The notes beneath the pieces were generated by a model. It saw only the letters and a list, made by a program, of their open reading frames with translations. It ran no database searches and was not told the origin of the DNA. A stretch of 45,127 nucleotides of DNA. Origin: a virus. The position numbers and the translations under genes are program-made. The stretch lies in IMG/VR virus record IMGVR_UViG_3300035043_000056, positions 1 to 45,127 of that record; one strand, given 5' to 3'. This document shows, piece after piece, positions 16,496 to 25,188 of this stretch (positions are counted from its first letter, which is position 1; each line of letters opens with the position of its first letter).

Positions 16496-16763
16496 TCACA
16501 TGCAGATCGGCGGTAATGCCGGTGCAAGACTGAAATCTTTCGTTGATCGGATCTGCCGGTTGGAACAGGAGAAGAAGGATCTCGGTGAAGATGTAAAAGA
16601 CGTTTACTCGGAAGCCAAAGGTGTCGGTTTTGACACCAAGATCCTGCGTAAAGTCGTGAAGCGTTCGCAGATGGACCCTGATAAACGCCAGGAAGAAGAC
16701 GATCTGCTCGACACATACGAAATCGCGCTGAAAAACAGCCTGAATTCGATGATGGAGGATTGA
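16479..16763 (+). CDS. GapR-like nucleoid-associated protein (DUF2312/UPF0335)
   Basis: LKSFVDRICRLEQEKKDLGEDVKDVYSEAKGVGFDTKILRKVVKRSQMDPDKRQEEDDLLDTY aligns closely with my recollection of Caulobacter GapR. ATG at 16479 follows AAGGAG. Confidence 0.8.
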   Translation: MPSSSDHMQIGGNAGARLKSFVDRICRLEQEKKDLGEDVKDVYSEAKGVGFDTKILRKVVKRSQMDPDKRQEEDDLLDTYEIALKNSLNSMMED

Positions 16764-16766
16764 TCG

Positions 16767-17042
16767 ATGAATGTCCTCGAACGCGCAAATCAGATCACCA
16801 AAGAACGCGGGAAAACATACGGTCATCCTTATGAAGACTATGTTCGCACCGCGAAGATGTGGTCGGCAATTCTCGGTGTCGAAATCACGCCTGACCAGGC
16901 TATCAAGTGCATGATCGCTGTGAAGCTATCGCGCCTCAGCAAAACACCGGATCATCAAGATAGCATCGATGATCTTGCCGGTTATACATGGTGCCTCGAT
17001 GAGGTCGTGAAGATCCAACGCGGGGTGGATATTGAGGCATGA
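16767..17042 (+). CDS. DUF6378-like protein
   Basis: RGKTYGHP...TAKMWSAILGVEITPDQAIKCMIAVKLSRL...DSIDDLAGY follows the DUF6378 pattern. Confidence 0.6.
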   Translation: MNVLERANQITKERGKTYGHPYEDYVRTAKMWSAILGVEITPDQAIKCMIAVKLSRLSKTPDHQDSIDDLAGYTWCLDEVVKIQRGVDIEA

Positions 17043-17392
17043 CTTGCGCGAAGAAACGGGTGAAGTGCTGGATCGTGGTGTCGAAAATAAGCGGCTACCA
17101 TCAATTCGAAGGCACCAACGATGTGCAGAACGCACAGGAAGCCTGTCCACGCACTGAGGGTGAAGGATACGAGAAGTGCCGCACAATCTGCAAACAACCT
17201 GCTCACGCTGAGTTAATCGCATTAAAAAAAGCACTGGAATCCGGTGTGGATCTACATGATGCCACTGCCTACATCGAAGGCATCGATCACTGCTGTAAAA
17301 ACTGTCAGCGGCAGATGTATGCTGCTGGAATTCGAACCATTAAATTCATCGAAGGAGAAGCACATGATAAAGGAAATAAAAGAGATAATTAA
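17039..17392 (+). CDS. dCMP/cytidine deaminase-family zinc enzyme
   Basis: HAE (PAHAELIAL) plus CCKNC zinc ligands, at the usual spacing for deoxycytidylate deaminases. Confidence 0.75.
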   Translation: MTCAKKRVKCWIVVSKISGYHQFEGTNDVQNAQEACPRTEGEGYEKCRTICKQPAHAELIALKKALESGVDLHDATAYIEGIDHCCKNCQRQMYAAGIRTIKFIEGEAHDKGNKRDN

Positions 17393-17504
17393 AGACCTCA
17401 AATCTGACGGTTGGGTTGAAATATCACGCAATGGTCACATAAAAATGCGTCATCCTATAATGGGGATGCAGATGATACCGAACTCGCCGCGCTGCCCTCA
17501 CTAG
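17364..17504 (+). CDS. HicA/YcfA-like ORF truncated by an in-frame TAG
   Basis: LKSDGWVEISRNGHIKMRHP matches the HicA core. ATG at 17364 follows GAAGGAG. It stops at TAG 17502-17504, but the frame stays open to 17564 (see the finding). Confidence 0.5.
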   Translation: MIKEIKEIIKDLKSDGWVEISRNGHIKMRHPIMGMQMIPNSPRCPH

Positions 17505-17560
17505 AAGAAGAATTTACTGAAACAGATCGAGCATAAATACAAAGCCGCAGGAATAAAAAC

Positions 17561-19570
17561 ATGACCAACAACGACATCATCAACGATATTGAAACATACC
17601 CGAATTGCTTCCTGATCTCGTTTTTGCAGATCTCGACCGGCAAGATTAAAGTGTTTGAGATGTCGCCCTGGCGCAACGATTGGAATGAATTCCGGCTGTT
17701 TGCGCGAAACTGCTCAAATGGCTTCGTCCGATGGGTCGGCTTCAACAATTATTATTTCGACTATCCCGTCATCCATTATATGCTGCAAAAATTCAAGCTC
17801 GGAAATTACACCGGAGAGCAGCTTGCGAAAGCCGCCTATGAAAAGGCGCAGATGCTCATCAATGCCGGTAAAGACGACAAGTTCCAGCAGATCATTTGGG
17901 ACAATAACCAGATCGTGCCGCAGGTCGATTTATTCCGCATTCATCACTTCGATAACGTCGCCAGAGCGACATCGTTGAAGGTGCTGGAATTCAATATGCG
18001 CTCGGATAGCGTCGAGGATCTGCCGTTTGATTTTAGAAAAACCCTGACACGCGAAGAATGCGTTGTGCTGGTCGAGTACAACAAACACGACCTGCGCGAA
18101 ACTGAAAAATTCTATCATAAATCGCTCGATATGATCCGGTTCCGCGAAGAACTCAGTAAAAAATATGAGCGCAATTTCTTGAACCATAATGACACAAAAA
18201 TCGGCAAAGATTACTTCATCATGGAACTCGAAAAAGCCGGTGTGAAGTGCTACAATTTCGATGATGGATCTCGCGCACCAAATCAGACGAAGCGCGAAAA
18301 GATCAAAATCCGCGACATCATTTTTTCCTATATTCAGTTTGACCGGCCCGAATTCGACGCGGTGCTGTCATGGTTGAAACGGCAGGAGATCAGTCACACG
18401 AAAGGCGTGTTCACCGAACTCGATCACGAAGGGCTGCGGGATCTCGAACAATACACCAATTTGAAGACCACCAAAGGCAAGGTGAAAAACCTGAATTGCA
18501 TCGTGGATGGTTTTCAGTTCGATTTCGGCACTGGTGGCATCCACGGATCGGTGGCATCCACCATCGTCGAAGAGGATGAGGATTTCGCGCTCCTGGACTA
18601 CGATGTGACCAGCCTTTACCCCTCAATCGCCATCGTGAACGAGGTATTCCCGAAACACCTGAGCAAGAAATTTTGCAGCGTGTATGAGCAGCTTAAAAAG
18701 GACCGTGTTAGTTACAAAAAAGGCACCCCTGAGAACGCCATGTTGAAGCTGGCGTTGAACGGGGTCTATGGCGACAGTAACAACCAATATTCGCCTTTTT
18801 ATGATCCGCAGTACACAATGACGATCACGATCAACGGTCAGTTGATGCTCTGCATGTTGGCTGAGATGTTTTTGCAGGTCGAGGATCTGAAGATCATCCA
18901 AATCAACACAGACGGTATCACGATCAAAGTGCGCCGGAATAAAATCGACGAGGTGGAAGCCAAGTGCAAGGAATGGATGAAGATCACGCGGCTCGACCTC
19001 GAACGGGCCGATTACAGCAAAATGTTTATCCGCGATGTCAACAATTATATCGGGAAATACACTGAAAAATCCGCTGAGGAACAAAAGAAAAAAGTCAAGT
19101 GTAAAGGTGTCTATGAATGGGAAAGCCTGTATCGCCCGAACCATCCGAAACCGGCTGACATCACATGGCACAAAAATCACTCAGCCGTTGTGGTGCAACA
19201 GGCGGTCCAGGCGCATCTTATCGAGGGTAAAAATATCGCTGAATTTATCCGGCAGCACCAAGATCCTTTTGACTTTATGCTGCGCGTGAAAGTCAACAAA
19301 AAAGATCGCTTGATGTGGGGTGACGATCAGATCCAAAACACCACGCGCTATTTTATCAGCACTGACGGTCGGCAGCTTGTGAAGGTGATGGCACCGCTGG
19401 CGAAGAACCCTGACAAGGAACGTCCGATCAAGGTGCATGATGGATTTAAAGCGACACCGATGAACAAAATGGGTGAAGTGAAAAATATCGATTATAGCTG
19501 GTACATCGAAGAGGCTGAAAAATTGGTCAGGCCGCTTTATGACGGAATGCTCACAGATATGATGATTTAG
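17561..19570 (+). CDS. Family B DNA polymerase with 3'-5' exonuclease domain
   Basis: Exo I DIETYPN, Exo II GFNNYYFDYPV, Exo III YNKHDLRE, motif A DYDVTSLYPS, motif B KLALNGVYG, motif C QINTDGI. The C-terminus is MLTDMMI. Confidence 0.88.
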   Translation: MTNNDIINDIETYPNCFLISFLQISTGKIKVFEMSPWRNDWNEFRLFARNCSNGFVRWVGFNNYYFDYPVIHYMLQKFKLGNYTGEQLAKAAYEKAQMLINAGKDDKFQQIIWDNNQIVPQVDLFRIHHFDNVARATSLKVLEFNMRSDSVEDLPFDFRKTLTREECVVLVEYNKHDLRETEKFYHKSLDMIRFREELSKKYERNFLNHNDTKIGKDYFIMELEKAGVKCYNFDDGSRAPNQTKREKIKIRDIIFSYIQFDRPEFDAVLSWLKRQEISHTKGVFTELDHEGLRDLEQYTNLKTTKGKVKNLNCIVDGFQFDFGTGGIHGSVASTIVEEDEDFALLDYDVTSLYPSIAIVNEVFPKHLSKKFCSVYEQLKKDRVSYKKGTPENAMLKLALNGVYGDSNNQYSPFYDPQYTMTITINGQLMLCMLAEMFLQVEDLKIIQINTDGITIKVRRNKIDEVEAKCKEWMKITRLDLERADYSKMFIRDVNNYIGKYTEKSAEEQKKKVKCKGVYEWESLYRPNHPKPADITWHKNHSAVVVQQAVQAHLIEGKNIAEFIRQHQDPFDFMLRVKVNKKDRLMWGDDQIQNTTRYFISTDGRQLVKVMAPLAKNPDKERPIKVHDGFKATPMNKMGEVKNIDYSWYIEEAEKLVRPLYDGMLTDMMI

Positions 19571-20423
19571 AAAGCTCGTCTTCCAGCGATCCCATCGAAA
19601 TATGCCCGTATGTTTTCTGCACCGTGGTCGGATTGTCGCCCAGGAGCTTCGACACCGCATAGATCGACACACCATCTTCCAGCAGGTGCGTTGCGCGGGT
19701 GTGGCGCAGGATGTGAGGTGTGATCCGACCTGCTGGTCGCCCGTCACGCTCAGGTACTTCCAGCAACCCGACTTTCTCGCATAGTTTCGTAAAATCGATC
19801 AAAAGATCTTGATCTGACCCTAGAACCCATTCATTCGTGCGCCGGTCGTGCATTTCCTTCAGCAGATCGAAAAGGTCGCCCATCGGCACCACCGGACGAC
19901 GCTTATTGGTCTTCACAGCACCCCGCTTATCGAGGTTGATCGTGCGCCGGTTGAAATCACACTGATACCATTCGAGGCATTCCACGGCCCGTCTGCGGCT
20001 GGCGGTGCCATATACGATCTTGATAAATTGCTGCATGGTGCCATCTGCCGCCTCGATCAGGGTTTTCAGTTCGTCTTTGAACAACCAAACCTCGCGCTTC
20101 GGCAGGTCGGTCGGGATCTCGAACGTGGGTTTATGCAATTCCGAGATCCGCTTCCATTGCAGGGCATGATTACAGGCCGCACGAAGCGTTGTCAGTTCCC
20201 GCGCCACTGTGGACATGGTGACACCTTTCCCCATCCTGTACGCGACGTATTGGCGGCATAATGGGATGTCGATCTCATAGACCAGCCGACCCTTGAAAAA
20301 GGGTGTCAGAGCATTGATTGCCGCCCTTGTGCGCCTCCAATCCACAGCTTTATTCTCGCGGCTGTAGGCAGTCAGGATCTCTATAACATCATTGCTTCTA
20401 GCTGGCGTTTGCTTTTTAGCCAT
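19551..20423 (-). CDS. int: Tyrosine recombinase / phage integrase
   Basis: C-terminal catalytic region ITPHILRHTRATHLLEDGVSIYAVSKLLGDNPTTVQKTYGH (R...HxxR...Y). Its 3' end overlaps the polB 3' end by 20 nt. Confidence 0.9.
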   Translation of the reverse strand: MAKKQTPARSNDVIEILTAYSRENKAVDWRRTRAAINALTPFFKGRLVYEIDIPLCRQYVAYRMGKGVTMSTVARELTTLRAACNHALQWKRISELHKPTFEIPTDLPKREVWLFKDELKTLIEAADGTMQQFIKIVYGTASRRRAVECLEWYQCDFNRRTINLDKRGAVKTNKRRPVVPMGDLFDLLKEMHDRRTNEWVLGSDQDLLIDFTKLCEKVGLLEVPERDGRPAGRITPHILRHTRATHLLEDGVSIYAVSKLLGDNPTTVQKTYGHISMGSLEDELSKSSYL

Positions 20424-20581
20424 AAAACTTGCTCCTTTGAATAGCGAGAGTGGTTTCCAGGGGTTCGGACATCCGGCACAAAATAACCGCTTTCACGCCA
20501 TCTTTCGACGGTGCGAACGGTCACATCGAGATCTTTGGCGACCTCTTTTGTGGTCAAGAATGGTGTTGTCGGGGTTTTCAC
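20381..20581 (-). CDS. xis: Excisionase/MerR-type HTH DNA-binding protein
   Basis: FLTTKEVAKDLDVTVRTVERWRESG is an HTH_17/excisionase-type motif. GTG start at 20581 follows AAGGA. It overlaps the int start by 43 nt. Confidence 0.72.
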   Translation of the reverse strand: MKTPTTPFLTTKEVAKDLDVTVRTVERWRESGYFVPDVRTPGNHSRYSKEQVLWLKSKRQLEAMML

Positions 20582-20618
20582 AATATATCCTTATATTTCA
20601 ATCTTATAAGGATATATT
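20582..20618. repeat. Perfect 14-bp inverted repeat abutting the xis start codon
   Basis: AATATATCCTTATA (20582-20595), a 9-nt spacer, then TATAAGGATATATT (20605-20618). One arm contains the xis SD (AAGGA) and the other the complementary TCCTT. Confidence 0.85.
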
Positions 20619-20657
20619 ACCTCATGTCGGGGTTCATGTCAATGGGAATTTCCAACA
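20614..20657 (-). promoter_or_regulatory. Near-consensus promoter for xis-int with adjacent operator box, copy D
   Basis: Minus-strand reading is TTGACA (20642-20637), a 17-nt spacer, then TAATAT (20619-20614). The spacer contains AACCCCGACA. The box CAATGGGAATTTCCAACA (20640-20657) overlaps the -35. Confidence 0.6.
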
Positions 20658-20681
20658 TTAGTTTTGATTTTTCAAAATTTT

Positions 20682-22832
20682 TTAGCGACGATTAGCGTCT
20701 GAGGGTCTGACAGTGATCCGCAGGGGTGGACGCTCTTCAGCTTGAACATCATCGCTGGCAGCGTGAGAAATCGCACCAGGAACACGCGCACCAACCGCAC
20801 CCATCGCTGTCGGGGTTTTACCTGCCGCCCAACGCGCCAGCGTTTCAGACATCAGGGCTTTGACCGTTCCATAGGTCATCCCTGCAACTGTCGCTGTGGC
20901 TGGTAAATTGGCGTATCCAGCCGCACCACCGACACCGGCAGCAGCAACTTCCTTGATACCCATCGCGCTCATACCTGTACCGGCTGTGCGGCTGGTATTG
21001 GCTTCGAGGCCGCGTTGTTTGAACGCATCAGCGATCAGCGCGAGGTCATCGAGTGTCTGACGGGTGCCGAGATCATCATCAAACAGCATGTTTTTGACGC
21101 GAGGGTCCATGTTGTTCCATTCGGTGACGAATTTCGTCGGGCTGACAATCTCACCGGTCGCATCCTGTGCGCCAGCTTTGGCAAGACCGAGATCCTGCAC
21201 GATATTGGCGCGAAGGTTGTCCCACTGCTCAGGTGTCGCATTGCGCTGGATATAATTCATCTTGTCAGGGTTTTTGTACGCCTGACGTAGGAATTCACCA
21301 CTGCGTTCAAGCTGACCTGTCATCAGTTTTTCAGCTTGTGGTAGATCCCCGCCTTGTGAAAGCAGGATCTCATCGTTGTGTGCTGCCGCCTGTTCACTCA
21401 TCAGCTTGCGGAAATCATCACCGACACCGGCAGTATCAGCCGCGCCTTCGAGATCCTTCGTGATGGCAGAATAAAGCTGCTTGCTCTGACCACCTTTGAT
21501 GCTCGGTTGATCAGTCCGGCGACCGACATTCGTGCGCCAGGAACGGAATTGCTCGTAAGGCACCGTATTGGTGGCTGTGATCTGCTCGACCGGCGCGTCA
21601 ACCTTCATCGGCACACCATCGGGACCGAGGACAGAAGATGCTTTTGGCTGCATGGTTGTAGTTTTATTCTTGACCAGCATATCATCAAGCAATGCGAGTT
21701 CATGCCTCAATGCGCTCTGAAGCTCAGGATCGACTTTCGGGATCATCTCAGCGATAGCGTTGCGCGTGTTCGTCACATCGATTGGGGTTCTTGCTCCAAT
21801 CTTCGTCATCAGCGCATCTTCACGACCACCAAAGCTGCCGCGCATCTTCTTCGCACCACCTTCAGCAATGTCATAGGTCTGCTGCGCGAGATCGACTTTA
21901 TTGACCATTGGGCCGGTTCCAGCAGGACGCACGTTATCAGCCGCATCGGTGAGCGCGTCAGTGAATTGATCGAACTGTTTGGTGCGAACATTTTCAGGAA
22001 CAGCAGAGAAGAACGGCAGCGCAGATGCACCGGATTCAAGCTGTGCGCCCATCCGATTACCAGTCATACCGACAGAAGGACGAACACCTTGTCTTGTCAT
22101 CGCTTCCAGTGTTTCTCCACCACCTTCACGAGAGAAGATCTTACCGATTGCTTTTGGACCGCTGTATGTGAGTGCGCCAGGTCCAAGAGATCCAAAGAAT
22201 TGCATCATAGCCGAAGCAATCGGACCCATATCATTCTGTTCTGCCACGACACGGCCCATCTCGCCACCACCGGCTGATGCAAGCTCTGCGGCAACGGCTG
22301 TTTTGGGTGCCGCCTGAATAGGTGCGTTCAATGCTGCTGCGAATTTACCGGCTGCACCAGGCGTTTTGGCAGCAAGACCAACTGCACCAAGACCGGTCAC
22401 ACCAGAGCCAAATGCTTCAGCAATATTCGAGGAAATAGGGTAGTTAGTGTTCGGCTCATTGATGCCGCCTACACCACCCATGCGCGGAATGCTGCCGATG
22501 GCATCGATCAGAGGATCTTCACCCATCCATGCCATGAAATCACCTACAGGACCGCCAACTTCGGCACCATATTCACTGTTCTTTTTGAAACCCTGTTCAC
22601 CAGGAAGAAGGTTGAGCAGCTTGGGTGCGTTGTTGATGATATTCCACGGTGTTTCGGCAACCTGAGCCATGCCGCGCAACGTCGATCCGGCAAGGTTGCG
22701 GATATACGGCTTCACACCCATGTTGTCTTGTTTGCTGTTCGTCTTTTCAATCGCAGCACGAAGATCAACAGGCGGCAATTCCTGTTGTTTTCCTCTATTC
22801 TCTGCTAAAAACGATTGAAGGTCATTTGCCAT
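20682..22832 (-). CDS. Large internal virion / ejection protein (716 aa)
   Basis: Last and largest gene of the virion-core block, in the position of T7 gp16-type proteins. Gly/Ala-rich segments. No motif that I recognise. Confidence 0.65.
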   Translation of the reverse strand: MANDLQSFLAENRGKQQELPPVDLRAAIEKTNSKQDNMGVKPYIRNLAGSTLRGMAQVAETPWNIINNAPKLLNLLPGEQGFKKNSEYGAEVGGPVGDFMAWMGEDPLIDAIGSIPRMGGVGGINEPNTNYPISSNIAEAFGSGVTGLGAVGLAAKTPGAAGKFAAALNAPIQAAPKTAVAAELASAGGGEMGRVVAEQNDMGPIASAMMQFFGSLGPGALTYSGPKAIGKIFSREGGGETLEAMTRQGVRPSVGMTGNRMGAQLESGASALPFFSAVPENVRTKQFDQFTDALTDAADNVRPAGTGPMVNKVDLAQQTYDIAEGGAKKMRGSFGGREDALMTKIGARTPIDVTNTRNAIAEMIPKVDPELQSALRHELALLDDMLVKNKTTTMQPKASSVLGPDGVPMKVDAPVEQITATNTVPYEQFRSWRTNVGRRTDQPSIKGGQSKQLYSAITKDLEGAADTAGVGDDFRKLMSEQAAAHNDEILLSQGGDLPQAEKLMTGQLERSGEFLRQAYKNPDKMNYIQRNATPEQWDNLRANIVQDLGLAKAGAQDATGEIVSPTKFVTEWNNMDPRVKNMLFDDDLGTRQTLDDLALIADAFKQRGLEANTSRTAGTGMSAMGIKEVAAAGVGGAAGYANLPATATVAGMTYGTVKALMSETLARWAAGKTPTAMGAVGARVPGAISHAASDDVQAEERPPLRITVRPSDANRR

Positions 22833-22834
22833 TA

Positions 22835-24448
22835 TTACATCCCCAACATATTAGCGCGTTGGATCACAGCATCTTTGAGATCCTGCGGCGGGTTGTAGTT
22901 GAAGAATTCAAGAACGCCTTGAAGCTCTTCAGGCGAATTCATGCGACCAACACTTTCCAGCGTCGGAATGTTGTGCATCACCGGTCCCATGTCGTTCTGC
23001 GTTCTCAGGCTACCATCATCGTTGTAACCACGATAGATGATGTTGTTGTAAGTGTTTTGCAGACGCATCATGTTATAGCGAAGCTGCTCAGGCGATTGAC
23101 TTTGTGCCAGCGATCCGAATACCGCCTGAAGCAAACGGTTCTCGAATTCAGAAACCTGACCGAGCGCACCACCTGTCGGAGATGCTTCACGCATCGACTG
23201 CAATTTGTCGAAGCCGATATTCGCCTTGATGGTGTCAAGCATTTGGCTGAAGTCGTGCGAAGGCAGACCAGGAATACCACTGGTCATGTTACCGACGAAA
23301 CCTGCGACCGCACCACCTTTTTCATTGAGCATGTTCAAGCTGCGATTGAGTTCATCATTCACAAGATCACCCTGAATATAACGAAGGCGATCATGCTCGT
23401 TCTGCTTCTGCTGCTGAACAGGTGATGTCGGCAACGGTGTGATAACCGTACCGTCAGGTTGCTGGACCGGCGCGTTCTGCGGCTGCTGACCGAACGGACC
23501 TTGCGGTGCCATCGGTTGCTGAGGCTGCATTCCTGCCGGTGCCATTTGCTGACCACCACCCATCTGCTGCGATACATCGGTGCCAAGCACTTTTTGCACA
23601 TAGGGCTGCGTTTCTTCAGGCTTCGGCAGCACTGCGTAATTGCGACCGGCTTGAAGCCATTTATCAGCGTTGGCAGGACCGGCATTGTAAGCTATCAACG
23701 CGGCCTCTTCATCACCTTGATAGCGTTGCAGCATCGCACCGAGATAATCGATACCGACACGCACGTTTTCTTCCTGCGATCCGTCTGCTGCGGGTTGAAC
23801 GCCAAAACCAGGTTTCGCTGCCGTGGAAGGCATCACCTGCATTGGGCCGATTGCGCCAGCCGGTGACGGACCTTGGTTCATACCGTAGCTGCTTTCCGCA
23901 CCGAACACACCATCTGCGAGAGCAGGGCGAACACCAGCTTGATCTGCCGAAGCCATGACGAATTCGCGGCCTTGCTGACCTTGGATAGGCATTGCAGGTC
24001 GGTTGGTCGCCGGACGCGCTGGTGTGTAGATCTGACGACCACCCTCTTTGTCGATTGTAACTTCTGGTGCAACGCCAACCCCGTATTCTTGCATGGGAAG
24101 ACCAGTGCTACCGTCAACAATATACTTAGCATCACCCGCATCAACCTGCATCGGCTTGTTGACATACGTTCCAAATAATTTCGCAGCATCCGTTTCCCCC
24201 CGACTTTCGATGTCACGACGATACATGTCGTTTCGAATTTCTGGTGACAGGTTTGGCAGTGCATAGTTGCCAAGCCCCATCTGACGATTATCCATTTCGT
24301 TTTGAGTGTTCAAACGTTCCATCTGCGCTTGCATATACTGCTGCTTTTGCAGATCCGCTTGTGTAGGCTGCGACAGATAATATTTGTACAGTGCGCCAAC
24401 TGCTTGATTGGCGGCATCGGCCCAAGGGTCTTTATATTGTTCTGCCAT
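22835..24448 (-). CDS. Internal virion protein with lytic transglycosylase (SLT) domain
   Basis: GVFGAESSYG...GAIGPMQVMPSTA...ALIAYNAGPANADKW gives the catalytic Glu-Ser, GxMQ and AYNAG motifs of SLT lysozymes. Confidence 0.82.
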   Translation of the reverse strand: MAEQYKDPWADAANQAVGALYKYYLSQPTQADLQKQQYMQAQMERLNTQNEMDNRQMGLGNYALPNLSPEIRNDMYRRDIESRGETDAAKLFGTYVNKPMQVDAGDAKYIVDGSTGLPMQEYGVGVAPEVTIDKEGGRQIYTPARPATNRPAMPIQGQQGREFVMASADQAGVRPALADGVFGAESSYGMNQGPSPAGAIGPMQVMPSTAAKPGFGVQPAADGSQEENVRVGIDYLGAMLQRYQGDEEAALIAYNAGPANADKWLQAGRNYAVLPKPEETQPYVQKVLGTDVSQQMGGGQQMAPAGMQPQQPMAPQGPFGQQPQNAPVQQPDGTVITPLPTSPVQQQKQNEHDRLRYIQGDLVNDELNRSLNMLNEKGGAVAGFVGNMTSGIPGLPSHDFSQMLDTIKANIGFDKLQSMREASPTGGALGQVSEFENRLLQAVFGSLAQSQSPEQLRYNMMRLQNTYNNIIYRGYNDDGSLRTQNDMGPVMHNIPTLESVGRMNSPEELQGVLEFFNYNPPQDLKDAVIQRANMLGM

Positions 24449-25188
24449 TAGAGCCTCCCTGCCAGTTGATAGCCGAATAAATTCACCGGCTTGTTATCCA
24501 TGAAGAGGCCGTATGATGTCTGAGGTGCGCCAGGTCCATAAACGCCTGGTGGCATCGGTCCTGGCACCGTATTGGAGAATGAACCGCCAGCAGAGCCGTA
24601 CAGCGACAAACCTGTTCCTGCGGCCTTCATCAGCGTCGGGAACAAGGATGGCGACTTGGATGCGTTGTTTGCAGCAGCACTCATTTCAATCGGCAGCAAG
24701 CGCGTGTTCGCACCGGCCTTATCCTGAATGCCGCCAAACAGACGGGCAAAATCGGTCTGAGAAAGGCCGCTGTTGAACAGCGCACCACCATAACCGGAAA
24801 GAGCAGCTTGATTGCCAACATCACGATCCGTCTTGGCAGCGGCATCCTCGGATTCCTTCTGACGCGCCAGCACCACGTTCTTCGGCGCATTCGCAGTCAA
24901 GCCCATATTATAATCAGGTTGGGTGCGAACATCGTTGAACGCTCTTTCGATTTTTTCAGCTTCGAGTTGACGCTGCTGATCGAATTCTTCACGACCTTGT
25001 TTTTGTGTGTTGTTGGCCTGGATCGATCCTGCATCGGCAGCGAATTGCGTGTTACGCGCCATGTTGTCAGTGAACGCCTGGTTCTTCGCGTTCATAACGC
25101 GCTGCTCATTCTTCGCCGCTTCACGCGACTGAAGATACGTTCCCCCTGCGGAGAGAGCTAGGCCAACGGCTGTTACTGGATCGCACAT
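24448..25188 (-). CDS. Virion-module protein (246 aa)
   Basis: ORF with TAATG coupling to the downstream gene. Function is suggested by position only. Confidence 0.65.
   Translation of the reverse strand: MCDPVTAVGLALSAGGTYLQSREAAKNEQRVMNAKNQAFTDNMARNTQFAADAGSIQANNTQKQGREEFDQQRQLEAEKIERAFNDVRTQPDYNMGLTANAPKNVVLARQKESEDAAAKTDRDVGNQAALSGYGGALFNSGLSQTDFARLFGGIQDKAGANTRLLPIEMSAAANNASKSPSLFPTLMKAAGTGLSLYGSAGGSFSNTVPGPMPPGVYGPGAPQTSYGLFMDNKPVNLFGYQLAGRL

Noticed and set aside
17502-17504. Genome-wide TAG (amber) reassignment, suggested by the in-frame TAG in the HicA-like ORF.
   Set aside because: All long genes (1150, 812, 769, 716, 705 and 669 aa) are uninterrupted under the standard code. TAG also serves as the normal stop of terL (35516-35518). 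The event is local.
21378-22277. Long antisense ORFs opposite structural and replication genes. Examples are 21378-22277 (+), 22649-23425 (+), 31291-32166 (+), 26858-27433 (+), 9351-10055 (-), 15600-16244 (-), 16234-16788 (-), 18623-19180 (-) and 19181-19747 (-).
   Set aside because: Each lies entirely inside a gene with clear family motifs or synteny on the other strand. They lack ribosome-binding sites and have Arg/Cys/His-rich low-complexity translations typical of antisense frames. They break the otherwise tight operon structure.
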